Positions 29,142-39,115 of a DNA stretch of 64,000 bases are shown piece by piece. The notes under the pieces were generated by a model. That model was not told the origin of the DNA. It did no database searches and was given only the letters and a program-made list of their open reading frames with translations. Source of the stretch: a virus; the IMG/VR virus record IMGVR_UViG_3300027987_000382, positions 1 to 64,000 of that record. One strand, written 5' to 3'. Both the position numbers and the translations under genes were made by a program. The number at the start of each line of letters is the position of its first letter. Position 1 is the stretch's first letter.

Positions 29142-29380
29142 AATTGCGGCAGATCAACGAAAATCTGATCATGCAACAACTCAGGGGGCAATTACATCGC
29201 TCTGGGCCGTATACCGCCATGCCTTTCCTGCAGACCAACCAACTCTACAATCCTAGTCGAGGCTTTGACGCGGGAGCGTCTTCGGCTGGTATGACGTTCC
29301 TTCCGACAGGGGTACCGCTCAAGCCGCGAAACCGCCAATACTTAGGGATGGAACGGCGACCAGGAACGATCAGGCTCTAG
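29138..29380 (+). CDS. small protein with MKLRQINE leader
   Basis: GTG overlapping the upstream stop; shared leader motif. Confidence 0.65.
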   Translation: MKLRQINENLIMQQLRGQLHRSGPYTAMPFLQTNQLYNPSRGFDAGASSAGMTFLPTGVPLKPRNRQYLGMERRPGTIRL

Positions 29381-30177
29381 TAGATCGAGATGATTCCAGC
29401 CCCGCCACATTTCGGGCACTCGATAATCTTCCCGGCGTTGTTGACGCGGCCTTCTCCACGACAAAAAGTACAGTTCGTCGTCGTGTTGGCGTAGCCCTGG
29501 CGGGCAAAGTTTGGGACTCGATCATCCATCGAATCGCTCGCCATCTTCTTGAAACGCGTTTGTAGTCGCTGATCATTCTCTACGTTGGTGACCTTGATCC
29601 GCGTGGTGCCAGTGCCATCAACTCGCTTTTCAGGGATCGCGAGAGGCATACCTTCTCGGCCCTCGACGAGTTTCATCTTGGCTTTCCCCTGAAGCACTGA
29701 TTGATCGAGCTTATCAGCTTGTCCCGCCACGGTGTGCGAGGCATGCGAGGCCACGGCACCAAGTTCTGTTTGGCCGCCAACTGATCGCATACCGGGCCGG
29801 TGATCAAGAAGTGACGTATCGACCACGTCTTCTCCATCCATGTCTTCTTGAACCAATTTCGGTTTCGGCTGCGGCTGTGCTTGCGGCTGCGGTGCCTGTT
29901 CTTGCTGCTTTACAACCGTCAAGCCGCTGGATGTTTGCGACAGATCGAGTCCAAGTGCCTTCGCTTGGGCTAAAACTTCTTCGATCTTTTTCTGCTTGGT
30001 GAGATACGCTTCTCTAGCAGTCTTCACGGAGGCGTCTTCAGCATGCTCGTCGCAGATATCGACGGTGATTCGACTACCATCCTCCAGACTTACGGTGAGT
30101 TGCGTATTTAAATCGGTTGATTTTTCGCAGTAGACACATTGGGTCATAGCTTCACTCCAAGGTATCTTCAATGACAA
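29377..30177 (-). CDS. hypothetical protein with DnaJ-type Zn-finger C-terminus
   Basis: CTFCRGEG...CPKCGGAG. Confidence 0.7.
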   Translation of the reverse strand: MSLKIPWSEAMTQCVYCEKSTDLNTQLTVSLEDGSRITVDICDEHAEDASVKTAREAYLTKQKKIEEVLAQAKALGLDLSQTSSGLTVVKQQEQAPQPQAQPQPKPKLVQEDMDGEDVVDTSLLDHRPGMRSVGGQTELGAVASHASHTVAGQADKLDQSVLQGKAKMKLVEGREGMPLAIPEKRVDGTGTTRIKVTNVENDQRLQTRFKKMASDSMDDRVPNFARQGYANTTTNCTFCRGEGRVNNAGKIIECPKCGGAGIISIY

Positions 30178-30596
30178 AAGTATCTATCATCGACGTGACT
30201 CTTGGAGCACGCGTCAAGGATATAATTTCGGAAAACGTCGTCACACTCACGGGACGTGCCCGCCAAGAATTAGATACCGCCATCGAAGAGCGGAAGAAAG
30301 TCGAAGAGGTCAAGACTCAGCGGGAGCAGGCCAAGAAGGACGCTACCGACAAAGTGTCAACTCTCATGGAAGCCGCCTACGAGAAATTAGAGCAGGCTGG
30401 TGAGAAGGGCGTGATCGTCGATACCATCATGGAGATCGTCGGAGAAGCCGTTCCAAACACTTCCGCTTTCACTCTCCGGATGAAAAAGATCCTCAACGGC
30501 AAAGGCGATCCTTATCGCATTGTGCGAAAGAAACGTGACGGCAAACCGACATACTTCTTCGAATCATTCAACGCCGAAATCCCACAGGTCGAGTAA
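30171..30596 (+). CDS. hypothetical protein (coiled coil, possible winged helix)
   Basis: 141-aa ORF with typical codon usage. Confidence 0.65.
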   Translation: MTKVSIIDVTLGARVKDIISENVVTLTGRARQELDTAIEERKKVEEVKTQREQAKKDATDKVSTLMEAAYEKLEQAGEKGVIVDTIMEIVGEAVPNTSAFTLRMKKILNGKGDPYRIVRKKRDGKPTYFFESFNAEIPQVE

Positions 30597-30917
30597 GCCG
30601 ATCTCATCTAATATCTCGGCGAGCTGGCTCACTGTTTTGTCCCCTTGATTCGGGATCGCCAATATTTCTTCATACGAGACACTCAGTAATTGGCCAACAA
30701 ATAGAATCCCTCTGTCCTCTAGGCCGTTGGCAATACGCGTTGAAATGCCCAAACCACGGATCGCTAGCATTTTCTTGTCATTAATCGACAGCTTCCTGAG
30801 ACTCTTGAAGTCAGGCTTCGGCTCGTGATTCTCTCCGAGCTTTTTGACTTGGCGTGCAATCTTCCTCCCGTACTTCTTTAGATCCGATTCACGATGTACT
30901 TCCGGAGGGTCCTGCAT
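30564..30917 (-). CDS. RNA polymerase alpha-CTD-like protein
   Basis: LGISTRIANGLEDRGILFVGQL...ILAIPNQGDKTVSQL matches the alpha-CTD pattern. Confidence 0.78.
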   Translation of the reverse strand: MQDPPEVHRESDLKKYGRKIARQVKKLGENHEPKPDFKSLRKLSINDKKMLAIRGLGISTRIANGLEDRGILFVGQLLSVSYEEILAIPNQGDKTVSQLAEILDEIGLLDLWDFGVE

Positions 30918-31782
30918 CTCGTTTTTGCAGTTCTTTAACCAACGCACACATCGTCTTGATCTGCGATGCAAATGCCTCCCGTCTCGAACCATCCCTAAAG
31001 TTTACTGGTGACGGATGGTAGATCGCGAATACGGGCACATCAAAAATGGAGCTTTTGGTGATCGTCTTGAGACCTACACTAAATTCGGTTTCGGGACATA
31101 ATTGCGAAAAGGCAACTGCCCCGAGAGCGATTACAAGCCTCGGTTTGATCAGGTTGATCTCCATCTGCAAGAATGGCTCGCAGCGTTTCTTGTGCTTGTC
31201 GGTGGGTTTTGCATTCCCTTGGGTGAAGCAACGGACTGTGTTGCAAATGTAGAAATCATTCCTTGACAAGCCATGTTGGGCAATTTCTTCGTCGAAGTTG
31301 GCACCGGCCGCACCAACGAATGGTTCACCCTTCTCAAGTTCGTTCCATCCAGGATTCTGTCCCACTACCATGAAGCGAGTTGGGTTCAGATTACTGAAAA
31401 CATGTGGATCGCGAACGGTGTTATTTTTCTCAGCACCTTTCAACCCCAATTCACACATTGAACACGCAACGCACGCCGTCGAAAGCTGCCTAAGCATGCG
31501 AAGCTTGCGTTCGTATGGGTTCTCAGGGCTATCAAGTTGCATAATACTCACAAAAACAGGCTTGAAGGGCTTCGCTGGTGCTGTACTCTTAAAATTGAAC
31601 CAATCAAAATTCTCCAGCTCCTCCAATTCCTTCGATTTCTTGCGAGACGGCTCTGGCTCTACGTAGTCGAATTCTCCTGACGCCACCTTTTCACGAAGTC
31701 GTCGTACTCCTGCCTCGTATCGACTCCGACTGCTTTGATATCCCTCTTCAGGACCTTGATCTTGAACCCGCTCTGTAGCCAT
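30889..31782 (-). CDS. uracil-DNA glycosylase family 4 (true start may be GTG at 31686)
   Basis: CxxC, VVGQNPG.NE...PFVGAAG, NTVRC, YHPS. Confidence 0.9.
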   Translation of the reverse strand: MATERVQDQGPEEGYQSSRSRYEAGVRRLREKVASGEFDYVEPEPSRKKSKELEELENFDWFNFKSTAPAKPFKPVFVSIMQLDSPENPYERKLRMLRQLSTACVACSMCELGLKGAEKNNTVRDPHVFSNLNPTRFMVVGQNPGWNELEKGEPFVGAAGANFDEEIAQHGLSRNDFYICNTVRCFTQGNAKPTDKHKKRCEPFLQMEINLIKPRLVIALGAVAFSQLCPETEFSVGLKTITKSSIFDVPVFAIYHPSPVNFRDGSRREAFASQIKTMCALVKELQKRDAGPSGSTS

Positions 31783-32441
31783 TGCAACTGCTCCAACGAT
31801 TCACTAGCCAACGTTGTCGGCTTCATACTGTTCAAGGCCAACAAGAACTCATATTTATAAGCATACACTCCGATATGCTTCAAGGCAACCGATTGCAGAT
31901 GTCCTTCGTTCTTCCTCCTGGCCTTGATGGTTCCCTCGTAAGGAATCGGAGCACGGCTGAAGTACATCGCATTGTCTTCGTGATCCAAAACCACCTTCAC
32001 GACGCTGTATGATCGATAGTCGAGATTGGTGGCTGGTGCAGCGATTGTGGCAGCATCGATGATCCGATCACTGGCGACAGCTTCTATCAGTTCATCCAAA
32101 TACTTGCTGTCAAGCTCCGGTTCATCACCCTGCAGATTCACGATCACGTCGAATTGCGGAACGCTACCATTCGGTCGATACCAATTGTTAGTAACCCAAG
32201 CCACACGCTCCGTGCCCGAATTACATTGCGGCGTAAGCACCGTGCTCACATCGTATTCGAGGTCTTCGATGGCATCAATGATTTCTTGGTCTTCTGTCGC
32301 GACTATGACCTCGTTAGCCTTCGATTTCTTCGCACAATCGATAGTATGGCAGATCAACGGCTTGCCAGTGTCGTCTAACAAAAGCTTGTTAGGAAGACGG
32401 CTGGATGCCAGCCGAGCTGGTATGATGATTACCGAATTCAT
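31659..32441 (-). CDS. kdsB: CMP-KDO synthetase
   Basis: IIPARLASSRLPNK, SGTER, NLQGDEP, YFSRAPIP, HIGVYAY, ESLEQL. Confidence 0.93.
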   Translation of the reverse strand: MNSVIIIPARLASSRLPNKLLLDDTGKPLICHTIDCAKKSKANEVIVATEDQEIIDAIEDLEYDVSTVLTPQCNSGTERVAWVTNNWYRPNGSVPQFDVIVNLQGDEPELDSKYLDELIEAVASDRIIDAATIAAPATNLDYRSYSVVKVVLDHEDNAMYFSRAPIPYEGTIKARRKNEGHLQSVALKHIGVYAYKYEFLLALNSMKPTTLASESLEQLQWLQSGFKIKVLKRDIKAVGVDTRQEYDDFVKRWRQENSTT

Positions 32442-33388
32442 TCTCGGACGACCTTCATTTGCTGACCCGGTTTGTTACCACGTTGCGAATATCGCAACAA
32501 CCGCAAAATATTAGAGCCGACATCAGCACACCAATCCCACTGAGCAGAACTGCCGACACAGAAAATCCCACGTTGTTCGATCGTATCAAGCTTTGGAATA
32601 GGCCCCATCGGAAGGACGTTCTCAATAGACGTGCCATCGAGAATATCAAACTTTGGAATAAAGCTCATGAAATAAATTCCTGGATTAGGAATGTCTTCAT
32701 GGCAGTAGATGAGAAACCTCTTCGGGGCAACGTTTGTCGCTTTGTAGAAGCTGAATATTCTGTCCGTCACCATGACTTGGTTCATCCCCTCAAAGTCAAG
32801 GTGGTCGGTCTGAATGTGCAGATAATGCACAGTGCGAGCTTTGAGATTCGGCTCCTGTTTCATCAATCGCAGTAATGCGTCGAGCGGGATGGTGCTAACT
32901 GCGTTGTCGAAATCTTCACGGACGCCGTTTCTCACGAAGTAGTGGTCGCCAATTTCTGTGACTTGTCCTTTCGCGACTTCACGCTTCAGATCCTCGATGT
33001 ACGTCTCTTGAAGCCGCTCGTAGAGCTGATTCACTCTGATGTCATAGACGAACAGGCTCATCCTGTTCATCATATAAGGTTCTGTTTGTGGCGGTATTTG
33101 CGTTCCGAAGATCTTCTCTGCCCAATCTCTGCAGAGTCCAGCATCCCATTTCCTATAGAGTTCCCCGCCTATGGACCACGCACGCTGGTAGACGAACCGC
33201 TGAAGTTGCTGACCCATCAAATCATTGACAAATGGGTCCAGTTGGTCGTCACAAATGATGAAGTTGTCGTCGAGGGCTGGGTTGAAGCTGAAGAATCTGC
33301 TTCGATAGAACGGGATCACCGTCCAGGAATCACCCAAGATGATTCTGGCGAGGAGCCCAACAATCCCAGAGCCGAAGATGACATTCAT
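32438..33388 (-). CDS. FAD/NAD-binding oxidoreductase-like protein
   Basis: N-terminal IFGSGIVG, STIPL, G..AQW. Confidence 0.65.
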   Translation of the reverse strand: MNVIFGSGIVGLLARIILGDSWTVIPFYRSRFFSFNPALDDNFIICDDQLDPFVNDLMGQQLQRFVYQRAWSIGGELYRKWDAGLCRDWAEKIFGTQIPPQTEPYMMNRMSLFVYDIRVNQLYERLQETYIEDLKREVAKGQVTEIGDHYFVRNGVREDFDNAVSTIPLDALLRLMKQEPNLKARTVHYLHIQTDHLDFEGMNQVMVTDRIFSFYKATNVAPKRFLIYCHEDIPNPGIYFMSFIPKFDILDGTSIENVLPMGPIPKLDTIEQRGIFCVGSSAQWDWCADVGSNILRLLRYSQRGNKPGQQMKVVRE

Positions 33389-34113
33389 TCATTCTCAACC
33401 AAATCGTCGTCGTCGAATTCTTCAGACAAACCCTCCGCAGCTTCCAGCTCTTTCTTGGGAGGTGTTTCTGTGACCAACGAAGGCGTTTCCTTTGGCTCCG
33501 GTTGAGCTTTTTCGGCACTCTGCGACATCGAGGCCCCCTTGATCGGAGAACGTTTTTCCTGGCTCTCCGGGGCCTTCTTCGCGGTTTCCTTCTTGGCGGT
33601 CTTTTTCTTGGTCTTCTTGGTGGCCTTCTTGGTGGCCTTCTTGGCTGTCTTGGTCGGCTTTGGCTCATCATCGTTGGCCAAAAGGGCACTCGTCGTATGC
33701 CCTACAACCGTTTCCTGAATCAGACGATCGGCCACCGTCTCGTCAGGATTGCCTTCGACGACCTGCTCCATCGGATTGTGCAGCAATGGATCAAATTCGT
33801 GTTCGGCAATCCGACCAGCTTCGAGAGGATTCATGAACGCGTTGACCGGCGGTTCCACGCCTGGGCGGCAATGCTGGCAGACCCAATCGATCACCGGGAA
33901 CGGTGGGTCTGGTAGCTGGATGTTCTCGATCATCACTCCCTGGCCGCACTTTGGACACACGGTCGAAATGTGCGTCGGCTTCACATAGTTGCCAAACGAA
34001 TTCTGCATCGTTTGTTGGTTTGCGGGTTCCGAATCGAACTGGTATGGCCGCCCGCCTATCTCTTCACCCTCGATTCGGACAGTGACAAGATCGTATGGAT
34101 TGTAGCTGCTCAT
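33385..34113 (-). CDS. hypothetical protein with Zn ribbon and histone-like KKAT repeats
   Basis: CPKC..CQHC; KKATKKATKKTKKK. Confidence 0.7.
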   Translation of the reverse strand: MSSYNPYDLVTVRIEGEEIGGRPYQFDSEPANQQTMQNSFGNYVKPTHISTVCPKCGQGVMIENIQLPDPPFPVIDWVCQHCRPGVEPPVNAFMNPLEAGRIAEHEFDPLLHNPMEQVVEGNPDETVADRLIQETVVGHTTSALLANDDEPKPTKTAKKATKKATKKTKKKTAKKETAKKAPESQEKRSPIKGASMSQSAEKAQPEPKETPSLVTETPPKKELEAAEGLSEEFDDDDLVENE

Positions 34114-34131
34114 GAAAATCTCCTGGGATAT

Positions 34132-34422
34132 CTACTTTTCTTTGTCGGGCGGTTTTTCGACCAAGGGGCCTCTGTTGCCATCAGGATACAGAATCTCCTT
34201 GTTTCCGTTGCTATACTCTATGATATAGGTACCTTCCGGGGCACCATCAACTGGGATCATTTCAGCGTTGAGGATTGTTCGCCTTTCCGGCATCCTTTTT
34301 GGAGCCGGAGCCGGTTCCCTTTTAGGATCAATCATCCACGAAATCGCGATGAACAGAAATCCGACAAAGATCAGAACGACGTACCGCCAGACGGCAGCTG
34401 TGACTAACTTGTTGTCGCCCAT
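34132..34422 (-). CDS. single-pass membrane protein
   Basis: N-terminal TM helix. Confidence 0.6.
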   Translation of the reverse strand: MGDNKLVTAAVWRYVVLIFVGFLFIAISWMIDPKREPAPAPKRMPERRTILNAEMIPVDGAPEGTYIIEYSNGNKEILYPDGNRGPLVEKPPDKEK

Positions 34423-34970
34423 TCTCCGGCTACCTTTCTTGTCTGTTCGGCACGTTCACGAAGCGTTTGATACGCTTCCTCCGAGATGTTGAGTTCGACA
34501 AACCGCTTGTCCAAATTCATAGCGGCCGGACGGATAAAGTCAGTACCCTTGCATTTTGGGCAGATCTTGTCGGTCTCGAAAGTCCTCTGTTGGCATTTGG
34601 TGCAAATGTTCGGTTGCCCCGTCATTCGCACATTGACTCGTACCACCTCGATATGGTAGTAGTTGTAGGTACCAGTCAGCTTGGTACCACTCAATTCACA
34701 AATCGTGAACAGACCCTTTTTATCCATCCCTTCGCGATAATTCGCGATGATTTGCTGCTTGAACTTCTCAAAGCACGCAGTGCAAATGTCAAGTGAGAAG
34801 CAAGTTTGTGTGCGAAAGATATGGTTTAACGGTGGTCGCTGGCCGTTGATGACCGACACTGGGCGAAAGTCCCAGGAATAGTACAAGAAATCATTCTTGT
34901 ATTGGGTACCACAGTGATCACAAGCTATGCCGTCTCGGTCTTTGAGTTGCATTGGGACTAATCCTCTCAT
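34404..34970 (-). CDS. Cys-rich Zn-finger protein
   Basis: Multiple CxxC. Confidence 0.65.
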   Translation of the reverse strand: MRGLVPMQLKDRDGIACDHCGTQYKNDFLYYSWDFRPVSVINGQRPPLNHIFRTQTCFSLDICTACFEKFKQQIIANYREGMDKKGLFTICELSGTKLTGTYNYYHIEVVRVNVRMTGQPNICTKCQQRTFETDKICPKCKGTDFIRPAAMNLDKRFVELNISEEAYQTLRERAEQTRKVAGEWATTS

Positions 34971-35012
34971 TATCTACGACGTAAAAATAAGAGTAACTGC
35001 GAGGGACCTTCC

Positions 35013-36740
35013 ATGCGACTCAGCGACATTGCCGAAATCATCATAGAGAACGTGGAGAAACTGCTCCCGTATCTTCGCGATGATGTCAAGCAATATTTGG
35101 CAAAGAGGAAAGAGGCTGGTGTACCAAACCCAACCGAATTTCCCACTCACCTGAACGAAAAATCGCTCAGCAAATGGATCGACATAGCCGTAGAATGGGC
35201 ATTGCGTGCCGATCCTCGCTACATACGTGAAATCAGAAAAGAAAAGCCTCTCAGCAGAATCAAAGCACCATTCGTCAAACAAATCCTCAAATGGTGGCTA
35301 GACCCAGCGGCTGGTGGCGGAATTGACCTACCAGAAGATATTGAAACGACGGCCGAAACGCTTAACCAATTCAATGTCGCCAAGCAACACGGGTTAAATG
35401 CGAACGCCGCCGATTTCACGCGTTGGGACGAGCTGGTTGCAGCTCTGCAACCGTTCCTCACAGAGCCAGAAGAAGCCGACAGCGACATCTACTCGCGAAT
35501 GGGCCTGGACCTCGTCTTCCACGAAGGACCATGGAAGATGTACACGGTCGACAAATGGATCCCTGGCGACCAATCGACCTTACATCCAGGTCAAGTGTGC
35601 CACAGAGCATTTGAAGGCACCCGCTGGTGCGTCAAGTATCAAAGCACATTCGAACGCACCTACAGCGGAGTCTACTACCTCGTTCTCTACAGAGGCAAGA
35701 GATTTGGGCTAATCAACTTCCCAAGCAAACAATTCAAGAATCCGCAAGACCAAGCAATCTCCAAAACAGAGCCAGAACTCGGACTCCAATTCTTGCAGTT
35801 GCTATTCAATAAGCGGCCCGACTTCCTGGCAGAATTGGCTCTAGCAATGCTCGATAGTCGATACTCGAGCTACAGTGACTTCGCCCCATTCATGGAGCAT
35901 TTCACGGCCGAGACAACGGAGATTCTGAACACACCAGAAGCGAGAGAAGGTGCACTTCGCGACCCGATGCAAGTAATCCAGCTGGCCAAATTCATCGGCG
36001 AATGGCCGCACTTTAGAGATTGGCCAGAGGGCTATCAAAAAATCGTGTCGACCGACTTCAGCACAAACACACGACGATCGCAGGCCATCCAAGAGCTTGT
36101 CGAAGCACGAGGCCGCGTCCCAGAAGTCGAAGCTAAAATCGATTCTGTAGAGGCATTCAAGCGATATTGCGTTTGGCTGACCAAGTCTAACATGAAGCCT
36201 GGTGCGGCGACCGATCTGATCGCAAAGGGTCGAGAGATCTCAGAAAACATCGCCAAAGACCCAACCAAAATCAGGGGAGCCATCAGCTGGCTAACCACAG
36301 AACGTGGACTCAGGGGCGGCGAGACTCCTCCACCATGGCCAAATATGGAACAGCAGATTCTGCGATCACAAGATCCACGAGCTGCTTTCGCTTATGCTAA
36401 ACTACTGGGCGAAGCTTGGCCAGAAGGCGAATCTCTCATCGCCTCTGATGACAGATCGGCAGAATCATACTTCAAGCTCACCGGCAAAGACGTTCGTGGC
36501 GGAAAACAGCTGGCAGAGCCGACTGACCCAGATGGCATCGTCAGAAGAGCAATTGCTCGCGGGAAAGAAATTCCTGCCGAGCAAGAAGACTTCATCCTAC
36601 AGGACCTCGATGCATCGATCGATTATGCCGAGCACCTGATCGGTCCGTGGCCAGAACTTGAGGACGAATTGCGTAAGAGAGGGACGTCGGCTCAGAAGAA
36701 AGAGTACTCGAGACGAGTCCTTTACGGCGAATTCCAGTGA
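35013..36740 (+). CDS. large hypothetical protein with MRLSDIAE leader (putative head/internal protein)
   Basis: 575 aa; GTRWCV motif; C-terminal WPxxE helical repeats. Confidence 0.8.
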   Translation: MRLSDIAEIIIENVEKLLPYLRDDVKQYLAKRKEAGVPNPTEFPTHLNEKSLSKWIDIAVEWALRADPRYIREIRKEKPLSRIKAPFVKQILKWWLDPAAGGGIDLPEDIETTAETLNQFNVAKQHGLNANAADFTRWDELVAALQPFLTEPEEADSDIYSRMGLDLVFHEGPWKMYTVDKWIPGDQSTLHPGQVCHRAFEGTRWCVKYQSTFERTYSGVYYLVLYRGKRFGLINFPSKQFKNPQDQAISKTEPELGLQFLQLLFNKRPDFLAELALAMLDSRYSSYSDFAPFMEHFTAETTEILNTPEAREGALRDPMQVIQLAKFIGEWPHFRDWPEGYQKIVSTDFSTNTRRSQAIQELVEARGRVPEVEAKIDSVEAFKRYCVWLTKSNMKPGAATDLIAKGREISENIAKDPTKIRGAISWLTTERGLRGGETPPPWPNMEQQILRSQDPRAAFAYAKLLGEAWPEGESLIASDDRSAESYFKLTGKDVRGGKQLAEPTDPDGIVRRAIARGKEIPAEQEDFILQDLDASIDYAEHLIGPWPELEDELRKRGTSAQKKEYSRRVLYGEFQ

Positions 36741-37543
36741 TCTGCGGATTGTTCTTCTAGATAAGCCGGAAGCTCTGCAAAGCTCATTGCCCTCGGAATT
36801 ACAGAGCGGCCATCTTGACCTCGCGATTTCCACAACGCCGTCGCCTCTCCGGCCTGTTGATCGAAAGTTAGTCCAAGCAGCTTGACAGCCGAATCGATGC
36901 CCAGATGCTGCGATCTAGCATTGATTGTCACGTTGATGCCTTCAATCAAGCTAGCAAGAATCCTGTCGAAAATGACTGGAGGTGCTCCAAGCTCAAACAA
37001 CATCGCGACTGGATTTCCCGCAAAGTCTCTGTAGCTCTTACCCCGGTAATCAAAGCGGTCAGGTTCTTCATTGAATTTCGCTTCTGATTCATGCCGCCAT
37101 TTGATGTCTTTGATGTTGGTCATGTAGGCTGTCATGATCACTTTGAAGCGGTTATTCCAAATGTACTCCTTATGGGCGTTGTAGCGACCAGTTTCTGGAT
37201 CTGGTTCGGCCCAGCCGGTTTCATCCTGACCGCATCTCTCGCAAGGAATGTATTCGCCAAGAGTGGTGAAGTCTCGCATTCTCCCGATCAGAGATGCTCG
37301 CTGTGCACCAATTCTTTGGTATCGTCCAGCCCAACGCGGATAGACACCGGGTGTAATCCCCATGATGAGAATTTGGGTCCCGGTTTTCGGATGATTGATG
37401 ATCCGGGCGTGGTCTGCTTCGATGACAACGCCACGCCTCGTAAGAATCGTGGCTGGACGCAAACGACCACGGTTGCGAGTCTCGCTGACAATTCGCAACC
37501 TTTTTAGCATTAGCGTGTTGTCGATTTTATCCGATAGGTTCAT
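36722..37543 (-). CDS. RT-locus paralog C
   Basis: RPATILTRRGVVIEADHAR...RDF..GEYIP...QDETGW shared with paralogs A and B. Confidence 0.8.
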   Translation of the reverse strand: MNLSDKIDNTLMLKRLRIVSETRNRGRLRPATILTRRGVVIEADHARIINHPKTGTQILIMGITPGVYPRWAGRYQRIGAQRASLIGRMRDFTTLGEYIPCERCGQDETGWAEPDPETGRYNAHKEYIWNNRFKVIMTAYMTNIKDIKWRHESEAKFNEEPDRFDYRGKSYRDFAGNPVAMLFELGAPPVIFDRILASLIEGINVTINARSQHLGIDSAVKLLGLTFDQQAGEATALWKSRGQDGRSVIPRAMSFAELPAYLEEQSADHWNSP

Positions 37544-38201
37544 CTTCAAGCCTGTTGCCAGCCACGCGGCTTTTCCGCCACCAGTTCTTATTATCGTCGT
37601 ACGCTTTATATTCGTACTTGGACGGGTCGGTGCCGGGTTCCAGCAATTCAAGTGTTTTGACGTTCTCGCGATTCATCGTCAAGATTTTGCGGAACCGACG
37701 TGTGATCCTAAGTTCTCTGTCGGCACAATAATGGCCATATTCGTCTGGTTCAGACCAACCTGTTTCGTCTTGGTAGCCATGCTGCACAAGATAGCTGTCC
37801 GGATGGTATTCTCGCGAAAGATAGAAGTCTCTGAGCTTGAAGTACCATGAGTTTGGGAAATGGCCCTTGTAGACTCTTTGCCATCTGCCTGGGTCGATTC
37901 CAGCAATCACCCACATTGTACCGGTGAATGGGTTTCGCACCTCTCGCACGTGATGGACCGGGATTAGAGTGCCACGCTTCATGAGGATGATGGCGGGCTG
38001 CATTCGTCGAGATTCGAGTAGTGGGCCTAAACCGGCTTCACTGAGAGCCAGTCCAAGTTTGTCCTCGATTGACTCAGATTTCTTTTTCTTGACGCGTTCT
38101 GGAAGTTTCTTTCCCTTTGGCGTGTGCTTTTCCCACCGATCAGCCATTTCTGGATGATTAGCGTGCATCCAGCTTCGTTGAGCTTCGCTTTTGAATGGCA
38201 T
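37527..38201 (-). CDS. RT-locus paralog B
   Basis: GGAG RBS; QPAIILMKRGTLI...LRDFY..EY.P...QDETGW. Confidence 0.8.
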   Translation of the reverse strand: MPFKSEAQRSWMHANHPEMADRWEKHTPKGKKLPERVKKKKSESIEDKLGLALSEAGLGPLLESRRMQPAIILMKRGTLIPVHHVREVRNPFTGTMWVIAGIDPGRWQRVYKGHFPNSWYFKLRDFYLSREYHPDSYLVQHGYQDETGWSEPDEYGHYCADRELRITRRFRKILTMNRENVKTLELLEPGTDPSKYEYKAYDDNKNWWRKSRVAGNRLEDEPIG

Positions 38202-38216
38202 TAAATGTCTCCAAAA

Positions 38217-38365
38217 GGAGCGGACCACGAGTGAAGGCCGGAGGCCGTAGTACGCTCAAAGCGTTAGCTTTGAGATGGCATTTGTCTCTATACCGTCAGC
38301 ATCCTTCCTCAAGGATTGGCACGACTAACAGCTTCGAGACGTCGAGGAAACCCATGGTCCGCTCC
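38217..38365 (-). ncRNA. RT-adjacent structured RNA unit 1
   Basis: 11-bp terminal IR ggagcggacca/tggtccgctcc; core conserved with units 2 and 3. Confidence 0.8.
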
Positions 38366-38367
38366 AA

Positions 38368-38521
38368 AAATGGTTGTCACCGGTGGCGGTCCGGAGACCA
38401 AACAAACGGAATATCCGTTAGGCTATTCCTTACATTCGCTCCTGTACCGCCCGCGTCCTTCCCCAAGGACGTACACGACCAAGCAGCTTCAGAGCATCAG
38501 GGAAACCGATTACAACCATTT
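38368..38521 (-). ncRNA. RT-adjacent structured RNA unit 2
   Basis: 10-bp terminal IR aaatggttgt/acaaccattt; covarying internal stems. Confidence 0.8.
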
Positions 38522-38968
38522 GATTCCTAATATGTTCTCCGGATTGATTGTCATGATCTTCTCAAACTTCATCTTCTTGATGTAGTACCGATGGGCCGAA
38601 TATCCGCCCGGCCCACGACCACCGCACGGTCTGCTGTTGTATGCTTCAACAGCATGCCATCCTTCAGGGGTCTCGCCACCAAGTGGCTCATCCCAACCAG
38701 TCTCATCTTGGTATGGGGCTGGGATGTACTCTCCTGGTGCATAGAAATCTCGCAGCCGCCTCACAAATGAACCGTTTTTCGAAAGCGAGGCCGACGCCAT
38801 TTCTGTCTCGTAAAGTCCCGGTTTGACTCCGACTACGAGATATGATCTCCCAGTTGGATATTGAACCATTCTCGCATGATCCGCTTTAATCACCGTCCCC
38901 CGCTTCATTGTAATTATAGCAGGGCGGTGAGTTCTCAGCCGAGCTTCTGCGATATGGTAAAGTTTCAT
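38510..38968 (-). CDS. RT-locus paralog A (MKLYHIAE leader)
   Basis: RPAIITMKRGTVIKADHAR...LRDFY..GEYIP..YQDETGW. Confidence 0.8.
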   Translation of the reverse strand: MKLYHIAEARLRTHRPAIITMKRGTVIKADHARMVQYPTGRSYLVVGVKPGLYETEMASASLSKNGSFVRRLRDFYAPGEYIPAPYQDETGWDEPLGGETPEGWHAVEAYNSRPCGGRGPGGYSAHRYYIKKMKFEKIMTINPENILGIKWL

Positions 38969-38974
38969 AGGAAA

Positions 38975-39115
38975 ACCGCAGTTGCGAGTGAAGAACGTCA
39001 AACGCTCGCACCATTAGGTTCGAGATTGCATTCGCCTCTGTACCACCAGCATCCTTTCCCAAGGATGTGCACGTTCCGATAGCTTCAAGGCACCAGGAAA
39101 ACCCGCAACTGCGGT
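38975..39115 (-). ncRNA. RT-adjacent structured RNA unit 3
   Basis: 12-bp terminal IR accgcagttgcg/cgcaactgcggt; CAAAAATA promoter-like motif 4 nt upstream on the minus strand. Confidence 0.8.

Noticed and set aside
38217-39115. CRISPR array
   Set aside because: The units are 141-154 nt, diverged and internally structured; there are no short identical repeats with spacers and no cas genes in the window.
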